A DNA stretch of 64,000 nucleotides, taken from the NCBI RefSeq assembly GCF_964355755.1, contig NC_092677.1:6408101-6472100 (forward strand). Reading direction: 5' to 3'. The stretch is from Antedon mediterranea (Eukaryota; Animalia; Echinodermata). The stretch's first letter is position 1. The number at the start of each line of letters is the position of its first letter. The translations under genes were made by a program, and so were the position numbers. This document shows positions 35,449-48,500 of the stretch, one piece after another. The notes below the pieces were generated by a model. That model was not told where the DNA came from. It did not search any database and saw only the letters and a program-made list of their open reading frames with translations.

Positions 35449-38233
35449 GGATGCTCTTAAACAACTCTTGGATAAGCATGAGGGTCTGTTTAAAGAGGAA
35501 CTGGGTCTTTTAAAGCATATTAAAGCTGATGTTTTACTTAAGGGAGATGCCAAGCCAATGATTAGTAAAGCATACCGGGTTCCTTATGCCTTAAGGTCTG
35601 ACGTTGATACTGAGTTAGATAGATTGGTCAACATTGGGGTTCTGACACCAGTGACGCATAGTCAGTGGGCCAGTGGTATAGTAACCGTTCGGAAAAAGGA
35701 TGGGTCCGTTAGATTATGTGGAAATTATAAGCCCACAATCAATCCAGTGCTACAATCTGTTGCTCCACCTAACATTAACGTTGACGACATTTTGTCTAAC
35801 CTTGCGGGTGGTGAAACCTTTACCAAATTAGATCTGGCACAAGCCTACAATCAGATGGAGTTGTCCGATGAGTCTAAAAAGGTACTCACAATTATTACTG
35901 AAAAGGGCTTGTTTCAGCAAAATCGATTGGTTTTTGGCATAACGTCCGCGCCAGCAATTTGGCAAAACGCAATGAATGTTATCTTGAAGGATCTCCCGGG
36001 TGTACAAGTGTACCTTGATGATATCTTGGTCACAGGGAAAGACGATCAAGAGCACCTTGGTAATTTAGAGAGGGTCCTTGTTCGTTTGCAAGATTATGGC
36101 TTGAGACTAAAACGGGGAAAGTGCGAATTTATGAAGCAGTCTGTTGAATATCTGGGACATTGTGTTGATAAACATGGTGTTCATAAATCCATAGACAAAA
36201 TTGATCATATTTTGCAAATGCCGTTGCCTTCGGACATTACTACTTTAAGATCGTATCTGGGAATGGTGAATTATTACCGTTCATTTGTACCTCGATTAGC
36301 CACAATATTAGCACCTTTAACTAGTATGTTAGAAAAGGGTAGAGAATTTGAATGGACAGAATTAGCTAGAAATGCATGGGTGAAATCTAAGGAAATGCTA
36401 AGACATTCTGGGTTTTTGGTTCACTATGATCCAAATTTACCTTTAACAGTAGCTACGGATGCTTCAGGTGAAGGGGTAGGCGCTGTGTTATCCCACATGG
36501 TTAATGGGAAAGAAAGACCTATTAAATTTGCATCGCGTTCATTGAATAAGACCGAAAGAAATTATCCGCAACTAGAAAGAGAAGCCTTGGCAATCGTGTA
36601 TGCTTGCAAAAAGTTTTATTCCTATATTTATGGCCGAAGGTTTATTTTAATAACCGACAATAAGCCCCTAACTACTATATTTGGTCCGAAGAAAGGGTTA
36701 CCAATTTTGGCTGCTGAGCGAATCCAGCGATGGGCTCTTTATTTGTCTGGGTTTGATTATAATATTAAATTTAGGAACAGTCAAGCGAATGCGAACGCGG
36801 ATTGTTTATCCCGATTACCGGTTGAGGGTCCCCCACGTCATAGCGAAATTTCGGTTGCGCATATTGGTTCTAGAAAGATTCTTCCGGTAACTAGCGACGA
36901 AATAAGAAATAATACCCGTAAAGATGTAATATTATCTAGAGTAATGCGTTATCTTATGGATGGAAGTTGGCCCCAAAGCGAGAGTTTGAAACCTTACGTT
37001 AACAGACGAAACGAACTGACTATTGAAGGGGGTTGTTTGTTATGGGGTGTCCGGGTAATAATTCCACCAAAATTGCGACAACAGGTTTTAGAGGAATTGC
37101 ATGTAGGCCATATTGGGGTGGTCAAAATGAAAGGGTTAGCGCGTTCTCATTTCTGGTGGCCGTTGTTAGATGCGCAAATTGAGGAAACTGCGAAAAAGTG
37201 CGACTCATGTCAGCGTATACAAAATAATCCTACCATTGCGCCTATGCATCCTTGGTTACCTGTTTCTAACCCTGGGGAACGTGTACATGTAGATTTCGCG
37301 GGTCCTTTTGAGGGTCTTACATATCTGATTGTGGTCGATGCTTTTTCAAAGTGGCCCGAAGTTTTTATTATGCAATCTACGACTTCACATAAAACTATTG
37401 GGGTATTGAGAACTTTGTTTAGCCGGAATGGTTTGCCCCAAGTTCTAGTGTCTGATAATGGTCCACAGTTTACGTCTGGGGAATTTAAGAGTTTTATGGC
37501 TATGAATGGTATTAGTCACAAATTATCTGCACCTTATCATCCTAGTACGAATGGACAAGCAGAGCGTTTTGTTCAATCGTTAAAACAAGGATTAAGGGCT
37601 GCTCGAAATGATTCAGGTGATCCGCAAACTAAATTAGACAGGTTTTTGCTTTCTTATAGAAATGCTGAACACTCATTGACTAAAGAGACACCTGCAAAGT
37701 TGTTTATGAACCGTTCTATAAGAACTAGATTAGATATCCTTCGACCCAATATTAATGATTCTGTGAGAAATAATTTACACAAAGCCATGCATAAACGAGA
37801 TCGAAAGTTGCGTTTATACGAAACAAACGATTTGGTTTATGTGCGAAATTATATAGGACAAACTAAGTGGGTTCTTGGTGTTGTTGTAAACCAGGAAGGT
37901 CCTCTAAACTATAAAATTGATGTTGGAAATAAAATGGTTTGGAAAAGACATGTTGATCAAATTAAAGATAGAGGTGTAAATGTAGATTTTGAAAATAAAG
38001 AAGGGGAGGATATGGATACGGAATATGTAGATAAAAGAGTAGAAGAAGAAGAAATTTTGAGTAGAAAGACTAAAGAAAATTGTATAAATGATAATGTTAA
38101 AAGTAATGATGCTATTGAACAGACTAAAGAAAATTGTATAAATGATAATGTTAAAAGTAGTGTTGCTACTAAACCAAGTGTGTTAAGAAGGTCAACCAGA
38201 GTGCGCAAAGCGCCAGATCGGTTTCATTATTGA
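35438..38233 (+). CDS. Gypsy Pol (RT-RNaseH-integrase), out of frame with the protease
   Basis: YLDDILV, TDASGEGVGAVL, H-H-C-C zinc finger, DDE core. Confidence 0.9.
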   Translation: MECRDALKQLLDKHEGLFKEELGLLKHIKADVLLKGDAKPMISKAYRVPYALRSDVDTELDRLVNIGVLTPVTHSQWASGIVTVRKKDGSVRLCGNYKPTINPVLQSVAPPNINVDDILSNLAGGETFTKLDLAQAYNQMELSDESKKVLTIITEKGLFQQNRLVFGITSAPAIWQNAMNVILKDLPGVQVYLDDILVTGKDDQEHLGNLERVLVRLQDYGLRLKRGKCEFMKQSVEYLGHCVDKHGVHKSIDKIDHILQMPLPSDITTLRSYLGMVNYYRSFVPRLATILAPLTSMLEKGREFEWTELARNAWVKSKEMLRHSGFLVHYDPNLPLTVATDASGEGVGAVLSHMVNGKERPIKFASRSLNKTERNYPQLEREALAIVYACKKFYSYIYGRRFILITDNKPLTTIFGPKKGLPILAAERIQRWALYLSGFDYNIKFRNSQANANADCLSRLPVEGPPRHSEISVAHIGSRKILPVTSDEIRNNTRKDVILSRVMRYLMDGSWPQSESLKPYVNRRNELTIEGGCLLWGVRVIIPPKLRQQVLEELHVGHIGVVKMKGLARSHFWWPLLDAQIEETAKKCDSCQRIQNNPTIAPMHPWLPVSNPGERVHVDFAGPFEGLTYLIVVDAFSKWPEVFIMQSTTSHKTIGVLRTLFSRNGLPQVLVSDNGPQFTSGEFKSFMAMNGISHKLSAPYHPSTNGQAERFVQSLKQGLRAARNDSGDPQTKLDRFLLSYRNAEHSLTKETPAKLFMNRSIRTRLDILRPNINDSVRNNLHKAMHKRDRKLRLYETNDLVYVRNYIGQTKWVLGVVVNQEGPLNYKIDVGNKMVWKRHVDQIKDRGVNVDFENKEGEDMDTEYVDKRVEEEEILSRKTKENCINDNVKSNDAIEQTKENCINDNVKSSVATKPSVLRRSTRVRKAPDRFHY

Positions 38234-38522
38234 ATGATAATGTTTCTATAGTATTGTTTGTTTAGCAGCATGATTGAATTTGCTTTGTAGTCATTTTAAA
38301 ATATAACTCTATAGACAGTCATTTTTGCAGTATTTACTGTAGTATTATGATCGGTTGTACATATTCAATAACTAACGTTCATTGATCCATTCGACTATTC
38401 AGCGTATAAGCTCTGCGTTAAGATTTTGGTGTATTGTTAATTTTAATAAAATGTATTGAAAATCTGTAAAAAAAAAAATATATAAAATGTGAAAATAGGT
38501 TTCCAAATTAAAAAGGGAGAAA

Positions 38523-38692
38523 TGTCGTGTATTAAGACATGGGTGATTGGTCTACGCGCATTGATATTATTGGTAGAATAGTATAATAGGCTGTTGTTAA
38601 TAAATGCCTCGGTCACTTGGAATCCACACCTGACCTGAGTCGTGTCTATTGTACCCGTGTACTGTTGTAGTGTCTTTAGCGTGTACAAAACA
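38523..38692 (+). repeat. 3' LTR (~170 bp)
   Basis: Starts TGTCGTGTA immediately after the polypurine tract, contains AATAAA (38599), and ends TACAAAACA (imperfect terminal inverted repeat, TG...CA). Confidence 0.7.
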
Positions 38693-39676
38693 CCAACACA
38701 CCAGAGGAGGGTTAGGAGCGAACACTCCCCAAGGATGGAGGAAATACATTACTATAATTAGGCCTATAATATCTTTTTTTTCATCCATACTCCATGATGC
38801 GATGGTCGTTCTCACCTTTCTCGTCGATTATTGTCGGAAACAAAAGACAACACCAGTCATTGTTGCATGTGGTTTCTTTAATACAAATGCAATACCAAAA
38901 TATTTAATAATTAAATTACACTAATCTTCTTCAAATAAGTAGATCTACGTACATTTTACTTACCTCTATGTGCGCTGGTGATCAATCGATGTTGTAATTA
39001 TGTTCCTGGTAGGCCTTGGTATTTAGTTGGAATTTCCACATATTACAAATATAAATTAATATCGATATGTTAATTTTCTATTGTTGTGTACTCTGTATTC
39101 ACCAATAACAATGAAGTATTGTACAATGATGTTTGTTGCTGAATTCAACTCTATTGTTCTTTTTTTGTTGGAAAAGAACGTAAGAAAGGCTTATGAAACT
39201 GTAGATAACATCAGTAAGGCCTACCGTATATTATACATTTGATAGGCAACATAGACGACATAAATATAAACAGAATGTCACTTGACTCGGCTCCTGTTAC
39301 AACCGTAATAAAAATCCTTAAAACATTAATACAATAAAAACACTCGAAAGACAAGAACGATCACAAAAAGCAAATTTTTAATGTTTTTAACTGTTTTTTA
39401 TTATTGTACAAATGGTAGAAAATTCAATGTTATATATTGCAATGAGTAGAACGAATAAAATTAGAAATATTAATATTAAGTTACAATATCAAAACTGTTA
39501 TTAAATACTGTAGGCTACTTGAAATTTGCAAATGCAAATGTCAGTGTGCCTGACATTGTGTACTGTCAGGCACGTACACTGGAATACGAAACATTTTCTA
39601 AAGAATTTTACCAACACACATCTTCAAATATTTTATGAGATTTTATATAAGCCTAGCGCCGTATAGTCTCTACGGT

Positions 39677-40500
39677 ATATTTATTTATTTTATTTATTTT
39701 CAATCTTTCTACATAGCAAAAAAAACAAACATAATAAGTATAACAGGGGAGTAGCGGAAAAGCAAAAGTATAAAACTGTCATCTTGTGATGTGCTTGACC
39801 AGCCCCTGTCAACTTGAATGATACAATAAAACCGACATTTAACAAATTTAGAAAAATACATAGAAAAATAAGGTATAATAAAATGTTAACAAAAGTGTTA
39901 TAAAAATGCAATTGCTATCTGAACAATCTGATTGTGTAAAAGTTAAAAATTCTGATTGTATACAAGTTAAAAATTCTGATTGAATAAAAGTTAAAAATTA
40001 TGAATGTATAAAAGTTAAAAATTCTGATTATATAAAAGTTAAATTCTGATTGTATAAAAGTTAAAAATTCTGATTGTATAAAAGTTAAAAATTCTGATTG
40101 TATAAAAGTTAAAAAGTTAAAAAATTCAAAGTAGGTACAATCATGTTAATAAAAATATGAAAAGTTAAAAATCTATAAAATGTTGCTTTAAACTGTGTTT
40201 AAACTTAAAAAACGACTCTTCAATAAGATTGTTTCTGATCGTAGCACCAAGTTCTGAAAACATTTTAGGAAACCGTACTATGCCTGAGTATTTAAAAGCA
40301 TCAGTACGAGCTCTACCATGATGAAAGGTGAGTATATCTAGGTTTCGATTATTAACTAAAAAAGAATCAACATATTCACTCATAAAATCAGATCGTGGAG
40401 AAATTATTATATTGGCAATGAATGTCATGTTTAAGAAATCACGCCTATTCTCTACTGACATTAGACCTAGCTTCTTTCTTCTATCTATATAATGTTGATC
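39677..40500 (-). mobile_element. LINE 3' remnant (CR1/Jockey-group-like) with internal minisatellite and A-rich tail
   Basis: ORF 40461-40165 reads ENRR....TF...II and ends FKHSLKQHF. An (AAAT)n-like tail lies at 39677-39700 on minus. Confidence 0.55.
39925..40125. repeat. ~23-bp minisatellite AAAAGTTAAAAATTCTGATTGTAT x ~8
   Basis: Directly visible tandem copies. Confidence 0.9.
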
Positions 40501-41299
40501 TAAATAACCTTATCATTTAATAATCATTTATTTCGCCATAGAAAACTAAAACGAACATACAGATTAGAAGAAATGAAATTAATGATTCGGGATTACCTAA
40601 TTGTTAAAATAACAGTTGAGAAGCGCTTCACAATACGATATAATAATATAAGAATATTAAAATATTTTAAGAGGATTAAAAAATCACGTCAAGTGCAAAC
40701 ACAATGAGGGCGCTGTTTTGTGATGATCCAGCAGCTGCAAATTAGGCGCTGGGAATTGGGCAATTTTCATTGGCTTATTCGGTGCCCCGCACTCTGTATC
40801 TCGGAATTGGACACCATTTTTTTTTATATCGAAATGCAATACATACTCCATTTTCTCACGCGCATTTTTAATCACGGGATCCATGTGTCCAGAAGTGTGA
40901 CTTTTAAAATATACTAAAATTGCTTTTTAACCCTACATGATGGCCAAATGGTTAGTAACATAAACCATGTTAAGTTTACATGCAGTACACAAACAATTGC
41001 AATCGACGGATATGGCTCTCTGCTGTATAGGCCTAGTCGATTATAGTATGGCATTTGTTAATTTTACAGCAGAACTGTCCGGCTAATAATAATAATAATT
41101 AAACATTATTAAAAAATAATTCTCCAGCTGTTATTCTTGATTTTAAATTCATGTCAGCTGTTGTTCCACATGAGTTTACGAGGCCTAATTGTCTCGAAAT
41201 TCAGCCATTATATAGCACTTGAATTGTTTACGTCATACTTCTTACTGTCTGGCTGGGTTAGTTTCGTAGGCCTACTGGTAATGTCATATTCCGATCCAG

Positions 41300-42558
41300 T
41301 ACGTCGTGGTTGGTTGACTTAATACGGGGATTCCCCATGACAAGTGGGATTTCCACCGCCTCACTGCTCCTCGGCGGCGGGCGGATCGCGCTGTGTGAGA
41401 CGGTGCCCAGCCCAGTCGCCGCGGGGAGAGTCATGTCTGATTCATTAAGTTTATTTCAGTGATTTTTTTTTATAAATAAATATAAATAATTTTATAGGAA
41501 AATCAATGACATTGCGGACGTGTGCCACCATCCGCCACACGGTTGCACCGCCCATCACAGACAGATAGCACTCTTGAGTGGTATGTGCGCTATAAAAATC
41601 CTGTTATTATTAAAGACCCCTTCCCTGCAATTTTGGACGTTTTTTGGAAAATAATACATATATATCACTTTAAAAACATTAAACCATGTCATTTCTTGTC
41701 TTAAATGTACGTTTTATGGTAAATTATGATAAAAAGTGAGAAACAATGCACTACCTAAGTAGCTCGCGGCGATCGACCTCTCGTGGACGGTCTTAGGCCT
41801 AGCCTAGCTAGGCTTAGTTTTGTAGGCCTAGCTGGTAAACATCGGTAACGTACGAACATCGTACGCGAGCTATATACCTAGCCTGACGTTGTATAGTTGC
41901 TGCATTAATTGTCTTTCTATTTTTGCCAGACTCCGTTGATACAAATTGGGGAAAACCCGGTATTTTCGCTGAAAAGTTAGGAGTCTTCCATTTGTTTTGG
42001 CCTCACGATCGATCGAAAAGTGGGCGAATTACAGGTGAAAAACAAAAATATCAATCCGCGCGCAATGCATTTTGGGATTTATAGCGGGCCGCTATAATTA
42101 TTAGAATCGACTTATTTTTCACATTTTTAACAGTTTAAAGACGAAAAAAGTTATCGCAATAGGACCATATAGTATTATTTTTACATTAAATATAGTTTGT
42201 GATCTTAAATTAGATCTAAAAAACGTAGGGAATGGGGCTTTAAGTATTAGAGTGCAAATTAATGCCACAGGGAAAGGCGGCTCGACGAGACCATTGTGGA
42301 CAACTCGACATGTTTGCCATTTTTTTAAAAAATATTATAAACTATCTTTATTCTGTATAAATACTTTTCATACAATGTTTAGATACAAATTATTTTTTTA
42401 AAGATTGTGATTATAGTACCGATTGTGTTTCATGTTTACTATTTGTAGACTACAGTTGTGTGTCGTCGACGGCGCGGATAATGGATTACGCTTTGTTTAG
42501 GTCAACAAAAGGTTAAGAGTATAACGCTCGTTGCAGGGCTCTTTTTTAAGACAACAAG
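41300..42558 (+). promoter_or_regulatory. CpG-enriched putative promoter region of the KMT2A/B-like gene
   Basis: Locally elevated CpG/GC (GGCGGCGGGCGG, CCGCGCGC). A YY1-like CAAGATGGCG overlaps the ATG. Confidence 0.4.
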
Positions 42559-45500
42559 ATGGCGCGTTTACGCTTCCCTGGTAGACCAGGGCAAAGATTT
42601 GGACGTAATCTTGTTAGATTGTTGCCTGAAGAAGCTCAAAATTGTAACAGAACATTCTTCAATGTTACAGCTACCATCCATAGAAATTTAAAGCAATTTT
42701 ATGATTTAGTTGGAGAGTCAGATGAGGTATTTATCGATGCATTTTCATACTCGCTCCATCTTGTTATCAATTCATTGACAATGACTTTGTTGGCATTGCT
42801 ATTCATCTAGCTAGGCCAGGGGAGTCTTGCTAGGCCCATGTAAGAAGGCCTAGCTTAGTCCTAGACCTATTGTGACTGTTATAATTTAAAATATACTAAT
42901 GCTAAAACATACAGTATGTAGGCCTATTTTATGTTGCTAGCTAGGCCTAGTAGTAGGCTAGACTATGTATTGTTGGTGATGTTCGTCCTGCTGGTCTGGC
43001 TGGCCTCTTGTTTTTTGTATCAACAAATTTATTGTAATGTAAATATTAAATAAAATTAAAATACACTGCAGTAGCATTGTATCGTCTAGACCTAATTAAG
43101 TACATCCCCAGCCATCCCCAGCCAAGCCCTATTAGTATTAATTTAATTATTATCATTTATGATTGTGCATTGTTGGATCAAGATTGATCGATTAATTACA
43201 TTTTTGGTGACAAGGTCTCTGTAAAAGTTATGATTTTATTGATGAAATGCAATTATAATTAGCACTCAAAATATCCAACAGTGTTCAGTAACCAGCCTAT
43301 AAACTGTAGCAGCTGTCTGAATATTTATTGTTATTTGTTTTGTAGGAGGAAGAATTTGAAGGCTTTTTGGATGAAGAGGTTAATGCAGTTCAGTACTCTG
43401 ACTTAGAACTGTCTCCAAGATTATTGCAAAATGTGTTGCTTGATTCTCCACCTAGGCCTAAGCCTACTATGTCTAGATCACGCATTACAAGGACTCCTAG
43501 AAAATCATACAGAGACTTATTAAAGTATGGAAAAGGCGAGTTTGCAAAATTTAAACCCAACAAGACCGAAAGTGAGGTTAAAAAAGCATTGAATGAGGTC
43601 AAATATGGTGCTTCTAAACAATTTTCAAGGCGTCCGGTTCTCCGATTGAAACGCTTACAGAACAGAAACTCACAGGGGTTATCAGACCTCGTACAATCTA
43701 GTAATCGTGCATTATCACCGAAGGTCAAGGAAGATCATACAAGCACTGACATTAAAGAGACTGAAGAAGAAGATCCATTGGTTTCAATAGGATCTGAGCA
43801 ACCAGAAGATGGGAAAATTGCAAGGATTATCCGGGTTAAGGGTCATAAATCAGTTATTCGATATTTGACACCCTCAGAGAATGACTATGTTACTGTAGAA
43901 CTTCTTAAAAGAAAACGTGTATGCAAAAAAACCTTTCCTTCAAAAGAACATCCTCGACCAAAGGTTGCTCTTAAAAAATCGGATCAAACCATTGCAAAGC
44001 AACTACTTAAGAAAGCAAAATCTGGAAGAAATATTTTCAATAGTCTTGCTTTGGCTAAAGAAGACAGTGTTCCACTTTTATGCCGAAAAAGGCAAATTAA
44101 AAGGACTCGGCAGTATGATGGCATGGTGTCGGGTCAAGACTTTGACTTCTTAAAGCGAAAAGACAGCACTGTGGAAAAGAAAACACTTACCAGAAAGAAG
44201 GAACTAAGAAGGGCAAAAGACTTGCAAATAACCAAAAGGAATGTTGCAAAAACTGCGAAGAAAGATGAATTATTAAAAGTTCCGAATAAGAACAAAAAAA
44301 AATTCTCTCTTCCTCAAGTTAGCGCCAGATCTTCCAGGAAAATTAAACCATCAAAACGTTTCTTGGATGGTAGTATGCTGTACAGCTCTGCTAACTTTTT
44401 AGATAATGATGTTTCGCCAAAGGATAATTCGGAAAAAGAGAATGTTAGTAAGGAGAACATAACAAATACAAAGATCATTAAAACAGAGGGAAATGTTAAA
44501 GAGAAGGGTAAGAAATCTTTAAGGGTCCAACAGCATTCAAAGGTGGCAAAAGCTGTAAGTTTAAAAAAGAAAGTCCAAATTACTAAGGTTATTTCAAAAA
44601 CTCTTGCTAAAAAGAAGAAATTAAAGTTGACAAGTATAGGTAAAAGAAAGCAACCACTTAGAAATAAAACAGTAAAATCAAATGATGTAAAAACCAGATC
44701 AAAATTTAGAAAAAGGATCGAATCCCCCCAAAGTGATCAGGTTGAGGTCAAACTTCAAGAGGAGGTGCCTGTAAAAAGTGAAGTAAGTGCAATAGAATCT
44801 TCAGAACTATGTCAAAATGTGTTGTCTGAAACCAAAGAAACTGACGATATTGCATCCATTTTGGAAGAAGACCGTAAAAAGAGAGAGAAGCAAATTGGGG
44901 TTAGTAGCAGTGATTATGATACATCATCCGTTGATTCAAATCACGACACTCAGCAAAATTTAGAAAACGTAACAACTGAATGCGACACAAAAGATGTACT
45001 GGTGAAAGATGATGTTATTTGTCAACACCTTACAGCCTTGTCGGAGTTTTCAAACGCAGAACTTTCTGAACTACAGAATATATTCAGCGATGAAGTTCCA
45101 TTAACTGACTTAAAATCTGCGCCAAGTAAAAAGAAAAAAAAGAAAAAGAAACATCGCCATAAACTTACTTATACACTTGGTAATGACGGTAAGATAAAAA
45201 AAAAGAAACACAAAAAAAAGAGGAAACGTCGGAAGGAGATTAAGAAAAGTCCAAGATCATCCCAAAAGCCGAAACGTTTTGAGGATAGAAACTTTGAATA
45301 CAGTAATAATTGGAGCGATATTGAGGAACATGGGCTTTTTAAACCATCTCACAGAAGTGAAAAGAAAAGCAAAGATATTCGTAAGCAACTTTTAAAGAAG
45401 GCAAAAGAAGATGCAAGACGACGCTTAATTATGAAATCAAAGGAGATGTCAGCAAAGACTGACAGGGTTCGGCACAGTAGTTCAAAGATGCAAAAGATGG

Positions 45501-48500
45501 AAACAAAATCACTGACACCAGGAGTTCTTGGGGTTTGGCCTGATGCTGGTAAGTACAATTACTTTACTCTAGATACCGTTATTTGTTTAGATATTTGCAT
45601 GGCATTTTTTTTTTCTTGCAAAGAACTGTGTACTGTACTTTCACTGAGAAAAATATACTGTACCAACCAACTCTACAGTAGTCTATTTAAATTTTTATTT
45701 TTCATGTTTTGTTGGACAATACAGTCTTCTTCCTTTTCTTTAACAGCCATATCTTTAATTCCTCTAATCCCTAAAAATTATTGTTTCTGTCAAGGATATT
45801 GCAATGCTAACAGTACTGTAGTAGTCTAAATCCCATCATTGGGTTACCAATTTTTAACTCAGTTCTTTGCAGATTCTTGATATTTTTATTATTGCATTTT
45901 GTTTTTTTTTATAGTGAATGCATTTTGTAGATTTGCTGTGTGTAAACATAATGATTCTTACATTTGTCAATAATTGCATTCAATATGGGTATTGCTTAAC
46001 CCTGCAAACCTAAAAAACATGTTTCAATCACTTTTATAGGGGTTTGCTACGTTTTTTTTTAAGTTTGCATTGTTTAGCAATAGCCATTCAGTACAGTTAA
46101 GTGTCACCATACAGAAATAAGTTACTTGTATTTCTCAATGGTGTAAATAACTGTACATTGTGTTTGATTACTGATAATTGCATCTGTACCTGTAATTAGT
46201 GAAAGTCTGTAAAATGATGAGTGCATCTTTTTTCGTAGAGTTTGATAGAATAGAACAAATGCAGCCAATAAATAGTACTTTAAATTGATAAAACATAAAA
46301 AAAAATCTTTCCTGAACTTTGAAAATAATAAATAAAACAATTAATGGCCACTAAAATTGTAATTACAACCGCATTACCTCTGTGATGTACAATACTGAAT
46401 TTCTTTACTGATCAGATACTGTACACAGTAGTTTTTCTCTCTGCAGTGCTTACTGTACTGTATGCATCATCCCTGTCTAAATTTTTTACTGAACAGATAT
46501 ATTTTTTCTTCAGTTAGAATTATCACAGATTTACTTGCACATTTGAAATTCCACTTTACTCTAATAACACCCATATAAAATATTGTAAACACATTAATGA
46601 AATAATATTAAAATGATTAAGCTTAATTGTTTCCCATTAATTAGTCTCCCGGCAGATGGCTGAGGCAATAGAAGCTGACAGGTCTCCCGAAAGAATCGCC
46701 AAGAACCAAGCGCTGAAGGTTAGATTTCATTACGCATAATTGATGATAGCAAACATATTAATACAAAATCAGGACTGAAAATTAACCTTTAAACCATGGT
46801 GGCCAGCAGGGCCAGTTGAAGGATGGTCGCACTTAGTATTTAAAATGGCTGGCCCTTATTAATTTTGAGTAAATTTTGTTTGTGCGCGACAGTTGGGTGG
46901 GTGGAATTTATCCCCACCCCTCTCAATTATATCATAAATATATAATACAAAATATAATTTCTAAATAATAATCAAGATTTGGAAACTGAACATTTTAGTA
47001 TGCGCTACAGAGGAAGAGTGCAGTACTTGACACAAGTAGTTTGTCTTCCTGTCCAGGCTGGCCGCTGGTACTAAAAGTTTTATAACAAAACTGTACTTTA
47101 AAAACAGTACGTAAATGTGCTTAATTACATTCTAAAGTTTGCTGGGTATGAGGAATTCAGGGCTAGAAGATCTTTGAAATTCTATTTGTTTTAATGAAAT
47201 TTTACAATGCAGCTCACCTACTGTTAGGTCTGCCTATTTTTTGTGAGGCATTTCAGAAAATAATTACAGTAATTAAAAATATCTTCTTTGTAACCTTTCT
47301 TTTAAAAGTATAGTTATTTCTTTTATTTTATTTTAATCTGTCATGCACAATAATTAGAGAGAAAAACGAGCCGAAGCAGCGGTACTTAAGCCTAAGTCAG
47401 TTCGGTTATTAGGTCGTGGCCCTCGGATCAAGCATGTTTGTCGGCGTGCGTCTGTAGCCTTGGGATGCCCCACTGCTGATTTCACGGATCTCGAAGAACA
47501 CTCGCTGAGTGCCCTCCCGCTTGATGAGAGAGACCAAGAAGTCGTACTTGGTATGCAGTTATTTTATTTTGTTATAATTTGTATTAAGTATTTTCAATTC
47601 AAATACAGGCCATCATTTATTGGGAATCTCCATCTCCTCTCTCACAATCCATGTGCCGCCAACCTCCATTACACAAGAAGAAGCATTTCTAAAAATCTGT
47701 CTACGCTATCAAATTTTATGATGACAAAATAATGTGATGTGCCCATACATATGGACAGACATGATAAACGCATATCACTACCATATTTGGGCACATCACA
47801 CTAGTTTGATAGTGTAGACAGAGCTTAACTCTCATCAGTAATTAAGCATGCTCTCTTTTATGAATGAAGAATCTGCATGCATACTGTACTACTCTTGGAC
47901 ATGGATTTAGATCAAAAGAATTGGTTCACTACAGTATTGTTTAAGTATCATTGCAGTTCAAGTATCTATCATAGTTTTCTAAGAATTAGTGTAACTGATA
48001 CACAGATAAAGTAACTGCACTTCATACCTAATAATATACAGTACATGTCACACACATTAAACCATTTGCTAAAATAATTGTTTAAAAAAATACACAAACA
48101 GACCTATCCTGCAAGGCTAGTGTGCCTTGTGTACTTGATTCTGAAAGCAGGTAAGTCGTAATGTCAATGTTTGATTTAAAATGTATAATATTGTATGAAA
48201 AATGCATGATTAAATATTATAATATTGTTGTTTTGCATGATGCATGCTAAATGTAATGTTCATTTTTGCATTTAATTTGGATTAGACATATGGTAATTTT
48301 CAATAGTTTTATTTATTTATTCGTTTTATCTAACAATTGGTTTAGGTTCCCCATGGTCATGGATTCAAATCTGCACTCTGCCACCAACACCATTAGAAAA
48401 TGTATACCAGCAAAGTACCAACAATATTAAAGAATAAGAAAACAAATCTTTCAGTATAATAAAATTGTATGATTCTTATTTAATTTTCATTCAATTTATA

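Larger units (their letters stand above)
34663..38692 (+). mobile_element. 5'-truncated Ty3/Gypsy (Mag-like) LTR retrotransposon
   Basis: Gag C-terminus with two CCHC knuckles and protease LDTGS (34663-35448). RT YLDD, RNase H TDAS, integrase HHCC and VDF..SDNG..AER (35438-38233). PPT AAAAAGGGAGAAA at 38510-38522, then the 3' LTR. No 5' LTR or PBS seen. Confidence 0.93.

Noticed and set aside
40684-41704. Short ORFs or a divergent gene upstream of KMT2
   Set aside because: No recognisable domains or consistent exon chain.
48102-48150. Extra KMT2 exon (AG..CAG|GTAAGT)
   Set aside because: The donor is strong, but 49 nt would shift the frame between phase-1 neighbours. It could at most be a poison exon and is unsupported.
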